The position numbers and the translations under genes are program-made. Below, in pieces: positions 9,353 to 18,500 of a stretch of 64,000 bases of DNA; position 1 is the first letter of the stretch; each line of letters begins with the position of its first letter. Source of the DNA: Elusimicrobiota bacterium (lineage in GTDB: Bacteria > Elusimicrobiota > Elusimicrobia > UBA1565); the NCBI GenBank assembly GCA_043827405.1, contig JBDRPD010000083.1, positions 192,001-256,000 on the forward strand. The letters run 5' to 3'. The notes beneath the pieces are model-generated. The model saw only the letters and a program-made list of their open reading frames with translations, did no database searches and was not told the origin of the DNA.

Positions 9353-11634
9353 TTAACAGGGTGGGGGTTTTTAAAGGCGGCCAGTTCGTTGTGCGCCCGC
9401 TGCATCTCCGCCAGCGAGACAAGGAACGCCAAGGTGGATTCCGCTCCTTGGTTCTGGTTCGCGCGGTCCACATGCAGGCCGTCCCGGCAGCCGCCGGTGT
9501 TGGGATCGTAGAGAAAGAGGCCCAAATCGTTTCGTCCTAAAAACCAGTCGAAGGCGCGGCGCGCCTGGCTGAACCAATATTCATCCGCGGTGCACCGGTA
9601 AGCCTCCAGGCAGGCGGACACCATGGTCTGCGCCTCGATGGGCTGCTGGTCGAAATTCGCCCGCTCGCCGCCGCGCTCATAAAAACCGTTGGAGCCGATG
9701 GGACGGAGATAGCCCCCTTCGGCGGTCTGGATTTCGGTGAGCCAGCGCAGGCTTTTCAAGCCGACCTCGAGCACGTCGGCACGGGAGGTTTCCTTGCCGC
9801 TGATAATCAGCGCGTGGGGAAGCCCGGCGTTCATGTAGGTCACCGAGTCCTCGAACCAGGGCCACTCGGGGGTGGCGGTGCGATGGTAGAGGCCCAGCAA
9901 AAGGTCGGTGAGAGTGTCCCGCACTTGGCTTACCTGCCGGTCTCCGTTGAGACGCCGCAGGTATTCGTGGGCGCCGATCAGGGCCAGCGCCCATGCCCGG
10001 GGGGAGCTGAATTCCGTCACCGGAGTGAGCGCCCGCGGGAAAATATGTCCCGCGAGGGCTTGAAAGCCGGGATTTTTCGAGCGGCCGACGCAGGTCCCCA
10101 GGGCCATCAGCGCGCGGCCGCAGCAGTCCTCGGATACGGCTTCGTCTTCCCACGACCGGTTGAATCCCATGAAGTTCCGAAAACGCTTCAGCTTCGGGTC
10201 GAAGGCGTATTGCAGGAAGGCGGCATAGGTGGTGGCGGCGTTCAAGAGCGGGGGCGAATCTTCCCCCAGCTCATCGAGAAGAACCGATAAAATCAGGGCG
10301 CGGGCATTGTCGTCGGTGCAGTAGCCGGTGTGAAAGTTCGGTACCGCCGCGATGGCGTGCTGAAAGATGCCCGTGGAGTCGGTCATCCGGTAAAGGTGAT
10401 CGAGCTTCATTTCGGGCAGGCCCGTGAGCTGCTTGTCGAGCGTCTTCACGGTGAAAAGCTTCCGGGCCAGGCCGGCCCGTTCATTGCGGGCCTGCTCGAA
10501 AACCTGCATGTAGGCGCAGGCCGCGTTGCCCCATACCATTTCCCGTCCCATTTTGTAGGCGTTCTTGCGCATGGCGTTGCGCCGGACATCGTCGGTCAAC
10601 AGCCCCAACACCTCCCGCGCGATGGCATCCGGGTCGTTGAAGGGAACCAATACCCCGCGGTTGTCGGCCAACAGCTCCTGGGCGTGCCAGTAGGGGGTGG
10701 ACACCACCGCCTTGCCCGCGCCGAAGCAATAGGCCAGCGTCCCGGATACGATCTGGGCTTCGTTTAAATAGGGAGTGATGTAGATGTCGGCGGCGCCGAT
10801 GAACTCCTTGAGCTCGGTCAGCTCCACGAAGCGGTTGTAAAAGATCACGTTCTTCTTTACGCCGTTCTTCTCGGCCAGCAGCTCCAGGCTTAGACGGTAA
10901 GACTCACCCGCCTCCCGTCGGAGGTGCGGATGGGTGGCCCCTAAAATGATGTAAACCACGTCGGGGCGCTCCGCTACGATTTTGGGCAGGGCGTTAAGCA
11001 CGTGCTCGATGCCCTTGTTGGGAGAGAGCAGGCCGAAGGTCAGCAGCACCTGCTTGCCCTCCACGCCGAAGAGATCCTTGTAGTAGCTGGAATCCACGAA
11101 CGAGGTCTCCGGGATGCCGTGGGGAATTATGTCTATCTTGGCGGCGGGGGCCTGGTGAACATCGCGCAGGAACTCCGCCGCCTTATGGGACATCACCACC
11201 GTGCGGGTGGAGAGCTGGATCAGCTCCTGCATCACCCGCTTCTGCTCGGCGCTGGGCGTTTTAAGCACGGTATGGAGCGTGGTGACGATGGGCAGCTCCA
11301 CCTCGCGCAGCAGCGCCAGCAGGTGCCCGCCCGAAGGCCCTCCGTAAATGCCGTACTCGTGCTGGACGCAGAGCACGTCCACATTGCTGATGCCCAGGAA
11401 ATCCGCCGCCCGCCCGTACGACGCCAAATTCTGCTCCTCGATTTCAAAGCGGACCTCGTGGGGGTAGTCGTAGCCTCCCTTGACGTCGTTTATGGGCACG
11501 GCGAAGCACTGTACTTTCGGGAATTGGGCCGTGACGGAGGTGCATAGATCCGTGGTGAAGGTGGCGATGCCGCAAAGCCGCGGCAGGTAGTTGCCTAAAA
11601 AGGCGATCTTGCGGATTTCGCAGCGGGGCGTCAT
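9349..11634 (-). CDS. GT4 glycosyltransferase with C-terminal alpha-helical glycosidase-like domain
   Basis: PRLCGIATFT, QHEYGIYGG, KGIE; C-terminal GYCTDDNARAL and NQGAESTL. Confidence 0.88.
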   Translation of the reverse strand: MTPRCEIRKIAFLGNYLPRLCGIATFTTDLCTSVTAQFPKVQCFAVPINDVKGGYDYPHEVRFEIEEQNLASYGRAADFLGISNVDVLCVQHEYGIYGGPSGGHLLALLREVELPIVTTLHTVLKTPSAEQKRVMQELIQLSTRTVVMSHKAAEFLRDVHQAPAAKIDIIPHGIPETSFVDSSYYKDLFGVEGKQVLLTFGLLSPNKGIEHVLNALPKIVAERPDVVYIILGATHPHLRREAGESYRLSLELLAEKNGVKKNVIFYNRFVELTELKEFIGAADIYITPYLNEAQIVSGTLAYCFGAGKAVVSTPYWHAQELLADNRGVLVPFNDPDAIAREVLGLLTDDVRRNAMRKNAYKMGREMVWGNAACAYMQVFEQARNERAGLARKLFTVKTLDKQLTGLPEMKLDHLYRMTDSTGIFQHAIAAVPNFHTGYCTDDNARALILSVLLDELGEDSPPLLNAATTYAAFLQYAFDPKLKRFRNFMGFNRSWEDEAVSEDCCGRALMALGTCVGRSKNPGFQALAGHIFPRALTPVTEFSSPRAWALALIGAHEYLRRLNGDRQVSQVRDTLTDLLLGLYHRTATPEWPWFEDSVTYMNAGLPHALIISGKETSRADVLEVGLKSLRWLTEIQTAEGGYLRPIGSNGFYERGGERANFDQQPIEAQTMVSACLEAYRCTADEYWFSQARRAFDWFLGRNDLGLFLYDPNTGGCRDGLHVDRANQNQGAESTLAFLVSLAEMQRAHNELAAFKNPHPVK

Positions 11635-11684
11635 TGCGTGTTCTCGTGCTCGGCCATGAACTTCAAGGGGCGGGTGCTCACGGG

Positions 11685-12437
11685 CTAATTCTTGCCGTCG
11701 GCGAACTTATTAAGCACGCTTAAGAAATCCAGCGGTATGGGGAAGATCACCGTCGAGTTCTTGTCGACCGAGATCTCGGTCAGGGTCTGCAGGTAGCGCA
11801 GCTGGATGCCGGCCGGGTTCTTCGAAAGCACGGCCGCGGCCTGGGTCAGCTTCTCGGAGGCCTGCAGCTCGCCCTCGGCATGGATGATCTTGGCCCGCCG
11901 CTCGCGCTCCGCCTCGGCCTGCTTGGCCATGGAGCGCTGCATGGTTTCGGGCAGGTCCACATCCTTGACTTCGACCTTGCTGACCTTCACTCCCCATGGA
12001 TCGGTGTCCGTATCGAGGATCTTCTGCAGTTCCATGTTGATCTTGTCGCGATTGCTGAGCAGGTCGTCGAGCTCCATCTTGCCCAGCACCCCGCGCAGGG
12101 TCGTCTGCGCCAGCTGGCTGGTGGCGTAGTAGTAGTCTTCGACCTCGATGACGGCCTTTTCCGCCGCCATGACCCGGTAGTAGACCACGGCATTGACCTT
12201 CACCGTGACGTTGTCGCGCGTGATGACGTCCTGCGGCGGGACGTCGAGCACTATGGTGCGCAGGCTGATGCGGGTCATCTGCTGGATGCCGGGGATGACG
12301 ATGATCAGGCCCGGCCCCTTGACGCCTGAGTAGCGCCCCAAAGTGAAGATGACCCCGCGCTCGTACTCCTGGAGTATTTTGATCGCGCTGAAGAGCACGA
12401 CGACCAGGATGACGACAATAGGAACAAATCCAATCAT
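11685..12437 (-). CDS. Slipin/stomatin (SPFH) family protein
   Basis: [39 protein letters not shown]. Confidence 0.93.
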   Translation of the reverse strand: MIGFVPIVVILVVVLFSAIKILQEYERGVIFTLGRYSGVKGPGLIIVIPGIQQMTRISLRTIVLDVPPQDVITRDNVTVKVNAVVYYRVMAAEKAVIEVEDYYYATSQLAQTTLRGVLGKMELDDLLSNRDKINMELQKILDTDTDPWGVKVSKVEVKDVDLPETMQRSMAKQAEAERERRAKIIHAEGELQASEKLTQAAAVLSKNPAGIQLRYLQTLTEISVDKNSTVIFPIPLDFLSVLNKFADGKN

Positions 12438-13045
12438 TGTTTCTCCTCCTTCCTGCGTGGCGGCAGCTTCCTTTGGTCGGCCGATATCTTAACATCCTTT
12501 TTATGCGCCTCGCGTCCGGCTCGCCCCCGCGCCGCCTCGGCGAGCACTTTGTCGATCTTTGCGGTCTCTTTAGGCAGCAGGCGCCGCGCCAGCGCGATCC
12601 ACTCCGGGACGCTATCGGCCAGCGCCCTGTCGTCGCCCCGGTTCTTGACCCCGGCGCCGTCGTGATCCGCGAGGGTGAGCTGGTATATCCTGGCGATAAG
12701 GTAGGCGTCGTCGAGGTACCTGAAGAGCCCCGAGCTGTTTGCGGGCAAAAAGTCGATGGGGTCATAGAGGTAGGCCAGGGCGAATCGCTGCATACGGATG
12801 ACGCGCGCGGGCAGGCCCGACTGGTCGCCCCAGCGGCGTACTTGGGCGATCATGGGGGGCATGGCCAGGATCATCCGGCGCAGCGGCTGGCCGTAGCGCG
12901 CCGCCTCGCGCGGCCCCGTCAGCTGCCGGATGGTCGAAGCGAAATGGTTCCTTGGGTCCGCGGCCAGCAGCTTCAGCTGCTGGCCTAGAGCTCTCAGCAT
13001 CCGGGAGCCGCGTAAACGACGTTCGCCGGGCAATTCATAACCCAT
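12434..13045 (-). CDS. YkvA/DUF1232-like protein
   Basis: [10 protein letters not shown]...YLDDA motif; start uncertain. Confidence 0.65.
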   Translation of the reverse strand: MGYELPGERRLRGSRMLRALGQQLKLLAADPRNHFASTIRQLTGPREAARYGQPLRRMILAMPPMIAQVRRWGDQSGLPARVIRMQRFALAYLYDPIDFLPANSSGLFRYLDDAYLIARIYQLTLADHDGAGVKNRGDDRALADSVPEWIALARRLLPKETAKIDKVLAEAARGRAGREAHKKDVKISADQRKLPPRRKEEKQ

Positions 13046-13109
13046 AGCATACACCCTATGCCGAATGTTATAAACTAGATAATTCGAAGGGATACCTTTC
13101 AGAAAACTT

Positions 13110-14015
13110 ATGATTCCACTCAACTACCACCACCTGTATTACTTCTACAGCGTCGCGCGGGCGGGCAGCATCGCGCAGGCCTGCAAGACCCTGCTCCTGT
13201 CGCAGCCGGCTATCAGTACGCAGCTCGGGCAGCTGGAACGCGCGCTGGGCACCCCGCTGTTCGAGCGCAAGCAGCGGAAGCTTTTCCTGACCGAAGAGGG
13301 CCGGTTTGTCCTCGATTACGCCGAGAGCATTTTCGAGATGGGCCAGGAGCTTCAGGACAACCTGAAGGATCATTCCCGGGTCGAAAAGGCCTCCATTCGT
13401 ATGGGCATTCTCAGCGGAACGGCGCGCGCCTTCGGCCACGCCCTGGTCGAAAATGTTCTGAACCAATTCCCATTAGCGTATGTCAGCGTGCGGGAGGGCG
13501 AGCTGGAAGTCCTTCTTTCCGAGCTGAAGGATCAGCGGGTCGACATCCTGCTGACCTCGGTGAGCGTCCACGGCCGCGGCCAAGGGAAGTTCCTCAACCG
13601 TCTGGTGGGGACGGTCCCCATCGTTTTTGCGGCCGCTCCCGCCGTCGCGCGGCGCTACCGGCGCATCCCCCGCGACCTCAACGGCGCTCCGTTCATCCTT
13701 CCGCTCAAGCCCAGCCATGTCTATTATCAGATCCTGGACCGCTTGGCGCAGTGGAAGGTCGAGCCGCATACGATCGTCGAGGTCCAGGACGCCGACCTGG
13801 CGCGCCGGCTGGCGATTTCGGGACGAGGCGTCGCCCCGCTCAACGCCTATACGGTCGCGTACAGCACGCCTTCCAAGGCGCTGACTATTTTGGGAGCCAA
13901 GAAAACGCTGGGTTTTAGCGAATCAGTCTATCTGGTGACGAGAAAGCGCAAGTGGCTCAATCCCGTGGTCGCGCACCTGCTGAAGAATTTCCGCCTGCCG
14001 AAAATGGGCCGGTAA
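13110..14015 (+). CDS. LysR-family regulator, NhaR-like
   Basis: LNYHHLYYF...SQPAISTQL HTH plus substrate-binding domain; divergent from the DUF1232-SPFH genes. Confidence 0.88.
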   Translation: MIPLNYHHLYYFYSVARAGSIAQACKTLLLSQPAISTQLGQLERALGTPLFERKQRKLFLTEEGRFVLDYAESIFEMGQELQDNLKDHSRVEKASIRMGILSGTARAFGHALVENVLNQFPLAYVSVREGELEVLLSELKDQRVDILLTSVSVHGRGQGKFLNRLVGTVPIVFAAAPAVARRYRRIPRDLNGAPFILPLKPSHVYYQILDRLAQWKVEPHTIVEVQDADLARRLAISGRGVAPLNAYTVAYSTPSKALTILGAKKTLGFSESVYLVTRKRKWLNPVVAHLLKNFRLPKMGR

Positions 14016-14024
14016 CTCCGGCCG

Positions 14025-14074
14025 AAAAAACCACTCCCCCTCAAGTCCCGAGAGCGGAACTGGAGGGGGAGTGG
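14025..14074 (-). terminator. Terminator directly after tRNA-Asp
   Basis: CCACTCCCCCTC...GAGGGGGAGTGG stem plus T6 on the minus strand; overlaps the tRNA CCA. Confidence 0.7.
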
Positions 14075-14146
14075 CGGTCCCAAGGAGAATTGAACTCCTG
14101 TTTCGGCCTTGACAGGGCCGCGTCATAACCATTAGACCATGGGACC
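14072..14146 (-). tRNA. tRNA-Asp(GTC)
   Basis: GGTCCCA acceptor stem, CGGCC-CT-GTC-AA-GGCCG anticodon arm, GTTCAATTC T-loop, encoded CCA; TGcTATAAT upstream. Confidence 0.95.
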
Positions 14147-14188
14147 AGTGCGACGAACGATTATAGCAAATGGAAAAGAGCGCTCCGT

Positions 14189-14230
14189 AAAACAAAAAGC
14201 GCCCTTGGGGGTGGACCCCCAAGGGGCGCT
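14189..14230 (-). terminator. Rho-independent terminator of the small Lys-rich gene
   Basis: AGCGCCCCTTGGGGG...CCCCCAAGGGCGCT followed by TTTTGTTTT on the minus strand. Confidence 0.8.
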
Positions 14231-14253
14231 GCAAGCCGGCGAACGGTGGACGC

Positions 14254-14412
14254 CTACTTCACCATGTCCAAGAGCGAGTTAAAATCAACCTTGCTCTCGG
14301 TGAAGAGTTGCTCGAGGACGTCCATCTCGGGATCGATCGCCCCGTTCGTCGCGGAACTCTTCTTGCCGTTCTTTGCGGGCTTCTTTTTTGCCGTCTTTTT
14401 CTTCTTCGCCAT
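14254..14412 (-). CDS. 52-aa Lys-rich small protein (not in ORF track)
   Basis: MAKKKKTAKKKPAKNGKKSSATNGAIDPEMDVLEQLFTESKVDFNSLLDMVK; GC3-rich codons; followed by a terminator. Confidence 0.7.
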   Translation of the reverse strand: MAKKKKTAKKKPAKNGKKSSATNGAIDPEMDVLEQLFTESKVDFNSLLDMVK

Positions 14413-14533
14413 CTCTCTAAAAGTATAAAGGGTTCAGGTAAATCGCGCCAGAGGGAAATTTGCCGCGCGCGAAGAATTTACTTTTGCGTCTTGACAAGGG
14501 TAGGGGAAGAGTTTTCTGGGGCGGGAAAGAGGT

Positions 14534-14605
14534 TGGGCAGTACAGGGCTCGAACCTGTGACCCCCTCCGTGTAAAGGAGGTGCTCTACCGCTGAGCTAAC
14601 TGCCC
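14534..14605 (-). tRNA. tRNA-Val(TAC)
   Basis: GGGCAGT acceptor stem, CCTCC-TT-TAC-AC-GGAGG anticodon arm, GGTTCGAGCCC T-arm; CCA not encoded. Confidence 0.95.
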
Positions 14606-14858
14606 GAAATTTTACCACTGCCCCCTCGCTGCGCTCGGGGGCGATGTGCTCGGCGACGCTGGCGCCCGGCTTCGCCGGGCTTGCTTACGCCTGCGCGCAT
14701 CGAGCTAACTGCCCGAAATTTTACTACTGCCCCCTCGCTGCGCTCGGGGGCGATGTGCTCGGCGACGCTGGCGCCCGGCTTCGCCGGGCTTGCTTACGCC
14801 TGCGCGCATCGAGCTAACTGCCCGAAATTTTACCACTGCCCCCTCGCTGCGCTCGGGG
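14593..14858. repeat. 109-bp tandem repeat (2 full copies plus a 48-bp partial) containing the first 13 nt of tRNA-Val
   Basis: Units start at 14593, 14702 and 14811; one substitution at 14725. Confidence 0.93.
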
Positions 14859-14874
14859 TTTTATTTTACCAAGA

Positions 14875-15435
14875 TTATGTCGCCGGCTTCAGCCGGCGAT
14901 AGAGGCGTTTGCCGATAAACAGAAACAGGCAGAGCACCACAACGGCGGCGATCACGGGGATGAAAATCGCCAACGCGGAAAGAATTATTGAGGCTGCCGC
15001 TTCTATGGTTGCGATGATCGGGTTCCCCAGGCCGGCGGTGGTAATGGCGGACCCCGCACGCGAGCTGGCCGTAAGAGCTTGAACGGCGGCCGCCGCTCCG
15101 CCGCCCGCGATAAGCGCCAGCGACCACTTCAGCCACGGCTGCAGATCTCCCACCGCGCCGGCGGTAACGATAGTCCCGGCCAGCACCGCGGCGGGAGAGG
15201 CTATCGTGTCGAGCAGATTATCAAGCCACGGGATGTAGAAGCTGATGATTTCCACTAGGGTCGCGGCGCCCAGGCAGATGAGCGCGGCGTCGCCGCTCAG
15301 CCACGCGAAACCGGAAGTCAGCTCCAGGGCTCCCGTGCGCGCGGCTATCCCCATAACCAGCATCGGGACAAAGACGCGAAAGCCGCATGCTGCCGCCAGC
15401 CCTATTCCGGTCAGGATTCCCAGTACCGCTTCCAT
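14875..15435 (-). CDS. DUF4126 family membrane protein
   Basis: GIGLAAACGFRVFVP, YIPWLDNLLDTIA, TAGLGNP. Confidence 0.85.
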   Translation of the reverse strand: MEAVLGILTGIGLAAACGFRVFVPMLVMGIAARTGALELTSGFAWLSGDAALICLGAATLVEIISFYIPWLDNLLDTIASPAAVLAGTIVTAGAVGDLQPWLKWSLALIAGGGAAAAVQALTASSRAGSAITTAGLGNPIIATIEAAASIILSALAIFIPVIAAVVVLCLFLFIGKRLYRRLKPAT

Positions 15436-15440
15436 CCCGC

Positions 15441-15992
15441 CTACTGTGTCGGGACCGCGAGCTTTTGCGCGGCGCCCCAGGCCCTTATGACCGGGAGCAT
15501 GGCCGCGTTGACGCGCTTGAACGTCGCGCTGCGCAGCAGTTTGGATTCGGGCGCGGACGATTGCGCGGATACCCCCAGGCGCTGCAGCATCGCATACTTG
15601 ACGCCGTCCGGGTACTCGGGGATAACGGAAGCGCCGGCGCCGGTTTGCCAATAGTGCTGGCTGCCGGCACCGGTGCCGGCTTGCCAATAGTATTGACTGC
15701 CGGGGCCGGTGCCGGTTTGCCAGTAATGCCGGCTGCCCGCGTCGGTGCCGGTCTGCCAATAATGCTGGCTGCCGGGGCCCGTGCCCGTTTGCCAATAGTG
15801 CTGGCTGCCGATGCCGGTGCCGGTTTGCCAATAATATTGACTGCCGGCATTCGTGCCCGTCTGCCAATAATGCCGGCTGCCCGTGCCGGAGCCCGTTTGC
15901 CAGTAGTGATTGCTGGCGGATGCGGCCGGCGCAAGCCCCGTCCATATAAGGGCGGCGGCCAGTAAGATAAGGGTGAAATTGAGTTTTCTCAT
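15441..15992 (-). CDS. Secreted protein with eight tandem 12-aa repeats S-x-[HY]-YWQ-[TA]-G-x-x-x-G
   Basis: Signal peptide ending ASA; 36-bp in-frame repeats at about 15627-15914. Confidence 0.85.
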   Translation of the reverse strand: MRKLNFTLILLAAALIWTGLAPAASASNHYWQTGSGTGSRHYWQTGTNAGSQYYWQTGTGIGSQHYWQTGTGPGSQHYWQTGTDAGSRHYWQTGTGPGSQYYWQAGTGAGSQHYWQTGAGASVIPEYPDGVKYAMLQRLGVSAQSSAPESKLLRSATFKRVNAAMLPVIRAWGAAQKLAVPTQ

Positions 15993-16100
15993 AGGCATGC
16001 CTCTATTATGCCTCATCGTCGCAAATCCGGCTTAGGACCATGGTCCCGTGCCGGGTCCGGTAAACGGCCCGAAGCGTAGAGACGCAAAGGCCCAGGCCTG

Positions 16101-17009
16101 TTAACGCCTGCGGTCGCGTCCGCCGCGGTCATGCCCGCGGTCTCGTCCGTCGCGGTCATGCCTCCGATCTCCTCGCTGCGGCGGCTTGGTGTGGCGCGGC
16201 GGCTTGGTATGCTGCGGCGGCTTGTTGCGGTGCGGCGGGCGGTAGATCGGCGCCGGGACATAGACCCAGCGGCCGAACTGGTAGACCCAGCAATTGTTGC
16301 GCCGGATGCCCCCGCAGACGATGCCGGGCGCGCTGCGGCGGCGCGCTTCCTCCCGCCGGCGCTCTTCTTCCCGGCGGCGTTCCAGTTCGATGAGGCGGCT
16401 GTACTCCGCGCGGGTGATCCAGCGGCCCTGGTATTTGACGTAGCCCTTGGCGCGCATCAAGGCGTCGCCCTGGAGCCACTCGCCGTTGATCATTTCAAAG
16501 CCCAGCAGCATGCGGGCGCCGGCATGATCGGGGTCCAGGCCGATGATGCGTTCGGCGGACTGGCGGGCATAGCCGCTCAGGCGCACGGATTTCGCCCATT
16601 GCGCGAGTTCCCAAATGGAGGGGATGTCGCCGGGCTCGATGGCGGCTTCACGCTCCTTGAACTCCACATGGGTGTTGCGCGCAAAGAGGAGTTCCCGGAT
16701 ATTGGAACGCGGGATGCCGACCCAGCCGCCGTTAAGCTCAATGGTAACGGTGCCGGCGTCTTCCTTAAAAAGCAGCCCTTCGGTGCGGTTGCCGTTCATG
16801 TATACGACGGTGACGCCGATAAATTGCTCGCCGGCGTATTCGCCTGGATCGGGGATGTCGCGGTTTAAATCAGCGACCGTGCCCTCCAGGGTCTTTAGGT
16901 TTAGGCCCCGGGTGAGGTCGCCCGGCAGCACCGCAACGCCGGCGGCGAGGACGTGCAGCGGCGCCAGCGCCAGCATGGAAGTCAAAACAGGGATAATGAT
17001 TTTTCTCAT
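16101..17009 (-). CDS. Secreted hypothetical protein with Arg/Pro/His-rich low-complexity tail
   Basis: GGGAGG RBS, signal peptide MRKIIIP..., LGFEMINGEW and GYVKYQGRW repeats, [RK]PPxxx x4. Confidence 0.75.
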   Translation of the reverse strand: MRKIIIPVLTSMLALAPLHVLAAGVAVLPGDLTRGLNLKTLEGTVADLNRDIPDPGEYAGEQFIGVTVVYMNGNRTEGLLFKEDAGTVTIELNGGWVGIPRSNIRELLFARNTHVEFKEREAAIEPGDIPSIWELAQWAKSVRLSGYARQSAERIIGLDPDHAGARMLLGFEMINGEWLQGDALMRAKGYVKYQGRWITRAEYSRLIELERRREEERRREEARRRSAPGIVCGGIRRNNCWVYQFGRWVYVPAPIYRPPHRNKPPQHTKPPRHTKPPQRGDRRHDRDGRDRGHDRGGRDRRR

Positions 17010-17252
17010 CTGAGAGCCTCCCGGCCGGGTTATCCCGGCGCATCTCCGAAATCCATGATATGCCCGGACGGCCCAAACGAATAGCACCCATGGGGCCATG
17101 CCGGCCTGGGCCGAAGGTCCCATCTTGTTTCAGCCCTGATTCCTCGGCGACCATGCGAAAATGATATGTTCAGGCATGCAGTTCGCTCCATTGCAGTTTC
17201 CCCTCGTCCTCTCATATCTGCTGATGTCCTCCGTCGCGCTGGTTCCCAGGCC

Positions 17253-18500
17253 ATGAGAACGACCGGCAGGAGGAGGAAATTCGAAGCCGCGCTGGTGTTT
17301 CTGGCGATCATGACCATGCTTTTGGCCATGAATCGCCATGAAAACAGAATGCTGTTCGGGCTCAGCATCTACGGTGGGATAACCATCGGCTATCTGCTGC
17401 TCAAGCTGCTGCTCTCGTCATGGTACCGGCCGTACAGGGGCAGCGGCGGCGGGACGCGCACCTACTATGCGGTCGTCATCCCGTTTTACAACGAGGAGCC
17501 CCGGGTGCTCAAGCGCTGCCTGGAAAGCGTTCTCCGCCAGACTCTTCCGGCGCAGGAGATTTATATCATCGACGACGGCAGCGCTGATGATACCTGCTAC
17601 CGTTTAGCCAAGGACCTGCTGCGGGAAAAGGACAACGCGCAGGTCCTCCGCTGCGACGTGAATAGGAACAAGCGCAATGCGCAGTCCGCCGCCTTCCGGA
17701 GCATACAGGTCCCGATCACCATCACGCTCGACAGCGACACCGTGCTCGATGAGAATGCGATCGAAGAGGGCTTGCGGCCTTTCGCGGACCCCGCAGTGCA
17801 GGCCGTCAGCGGCAACGTGCGGGCGTTGAACGCCAAGACCAATCTGCTGACCCGCCTTATCGATATGCGCTACTGCAACGCTTTTCGCTACGAGCGGGCC
17901 GCCTACAGCACGCTCGATTCGGTGCTCTGCTCCTCCGGCGTATTCAGCTTGTGGCGGACCCGCCTGATCCAGAACAATCTGCAGGATTACCTTGATCAAA
18001 AATTCTTCAGCATGCCGGTCGTCGCCGGTGACGACCGGCGGCTGAGCTACTATGCGCTGCGGGAAGGCAAGAGCGTGTTCCAGGAGACCGCCGGCTGCGC
18101 GACTGTAGTGCCGGACACTTTGGGGAAGTTCTTCAAACAGCAGGTTCGCTGGAACAAGTCCTTCTTCCGCGAAACGATTAACCTGCTGGCGCGGTTCCCG
18201 CTCACCAAGCCCGCCTGGTGGCTCGCACTATCCGAGCTATGCCTGTGGCTGCTCTTCGGTATCCTGGTTCTTCTCGTTTTTGTCATTAAGCCCATTGTGG
18301 GCGGCAGGATCCTCGGCCTCTATTACTTCGGCTATATCGCACTTATGGCTTATGTGCGCAGCGTCCGCTACATGCAGGAGAGTTTTTTTGTCTACCTGCT
18401 GTCCCCGCTGTACGCTCTTATCCACATCTTTCTGCTGCTGCCGGTACGCATTTACAGCTTATGTACGATCATGGATGATTCGTGGGGAACACGAAGTTAG
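17253..18500 (+). CDS. Processive GT2, hyaluronan synthase/NodC-like
   Basis: DDGS, DSDT, GDDRRLS, QQVRWNKSFFRE, terminal WGTR; N- and C-terminal TMs; start uncertain. Confidence 0.85.
   Translation: MRTTGRRRKFEAALVFLAIMTMLLAMNRHENRMLFGLSIYGGITIGYLLLKLLLSSWYRPYRGSGGGTRTYYAVVIPFYNEEPRVLKRCLESVLRQTLPAQEIYIIDDGSADDTCYRLAKDLLREKDNAQVLRCDVNRNKRNAQSAAFRSIQVPITITLDSDTVLDENAIEEGLRPFADPAVQAVSGNVRALNAKTNLLTRLIDMRYCNAFRYERAAYSTLDSVLCSSGVFSLWRTRLIQNNLQDYLDQKFFSMPVVAGDDRRLSYYALREGKSVFQETAGCATVVPDTLGKFFKQQVRWNKSFFRETINLLARFPLTKPAWWLALSELCLWLLFGILVLLVFVIKPIVGGRILGLYYFGYIALMAYVRSVRYMQESFFVYLLSPLYALIHIFLLLPVRIYSLCTIMDDSWGTRS

Noticed and set aside
14072..14858. tRNAs as integration sites of a genomic island
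   Set aside because: No integrase in the window and no distant duplicate of either tRNA 3' end noticed
14681..14902. 73-aa ORF over the 109-bp repeat
   Set aside because: Repeat period is not a multiple of 3 and the sequence is hairpin-rich; likely non-coding
15627..15914. 36-bp periodic repeat resembling a CRISPR array
   Set aside because: Units are contiguous without unique spacers, in frame in a signal-peptide ORF, and vary at synonymous sites; no cas genes in the window
15436..15945. N-terminal extension of the DUF4126 ORF with QPALLAN repeats
   Set aside because: Alternative-frame reading of the repeat gene; the DUF4126-like sequence starts at 15435
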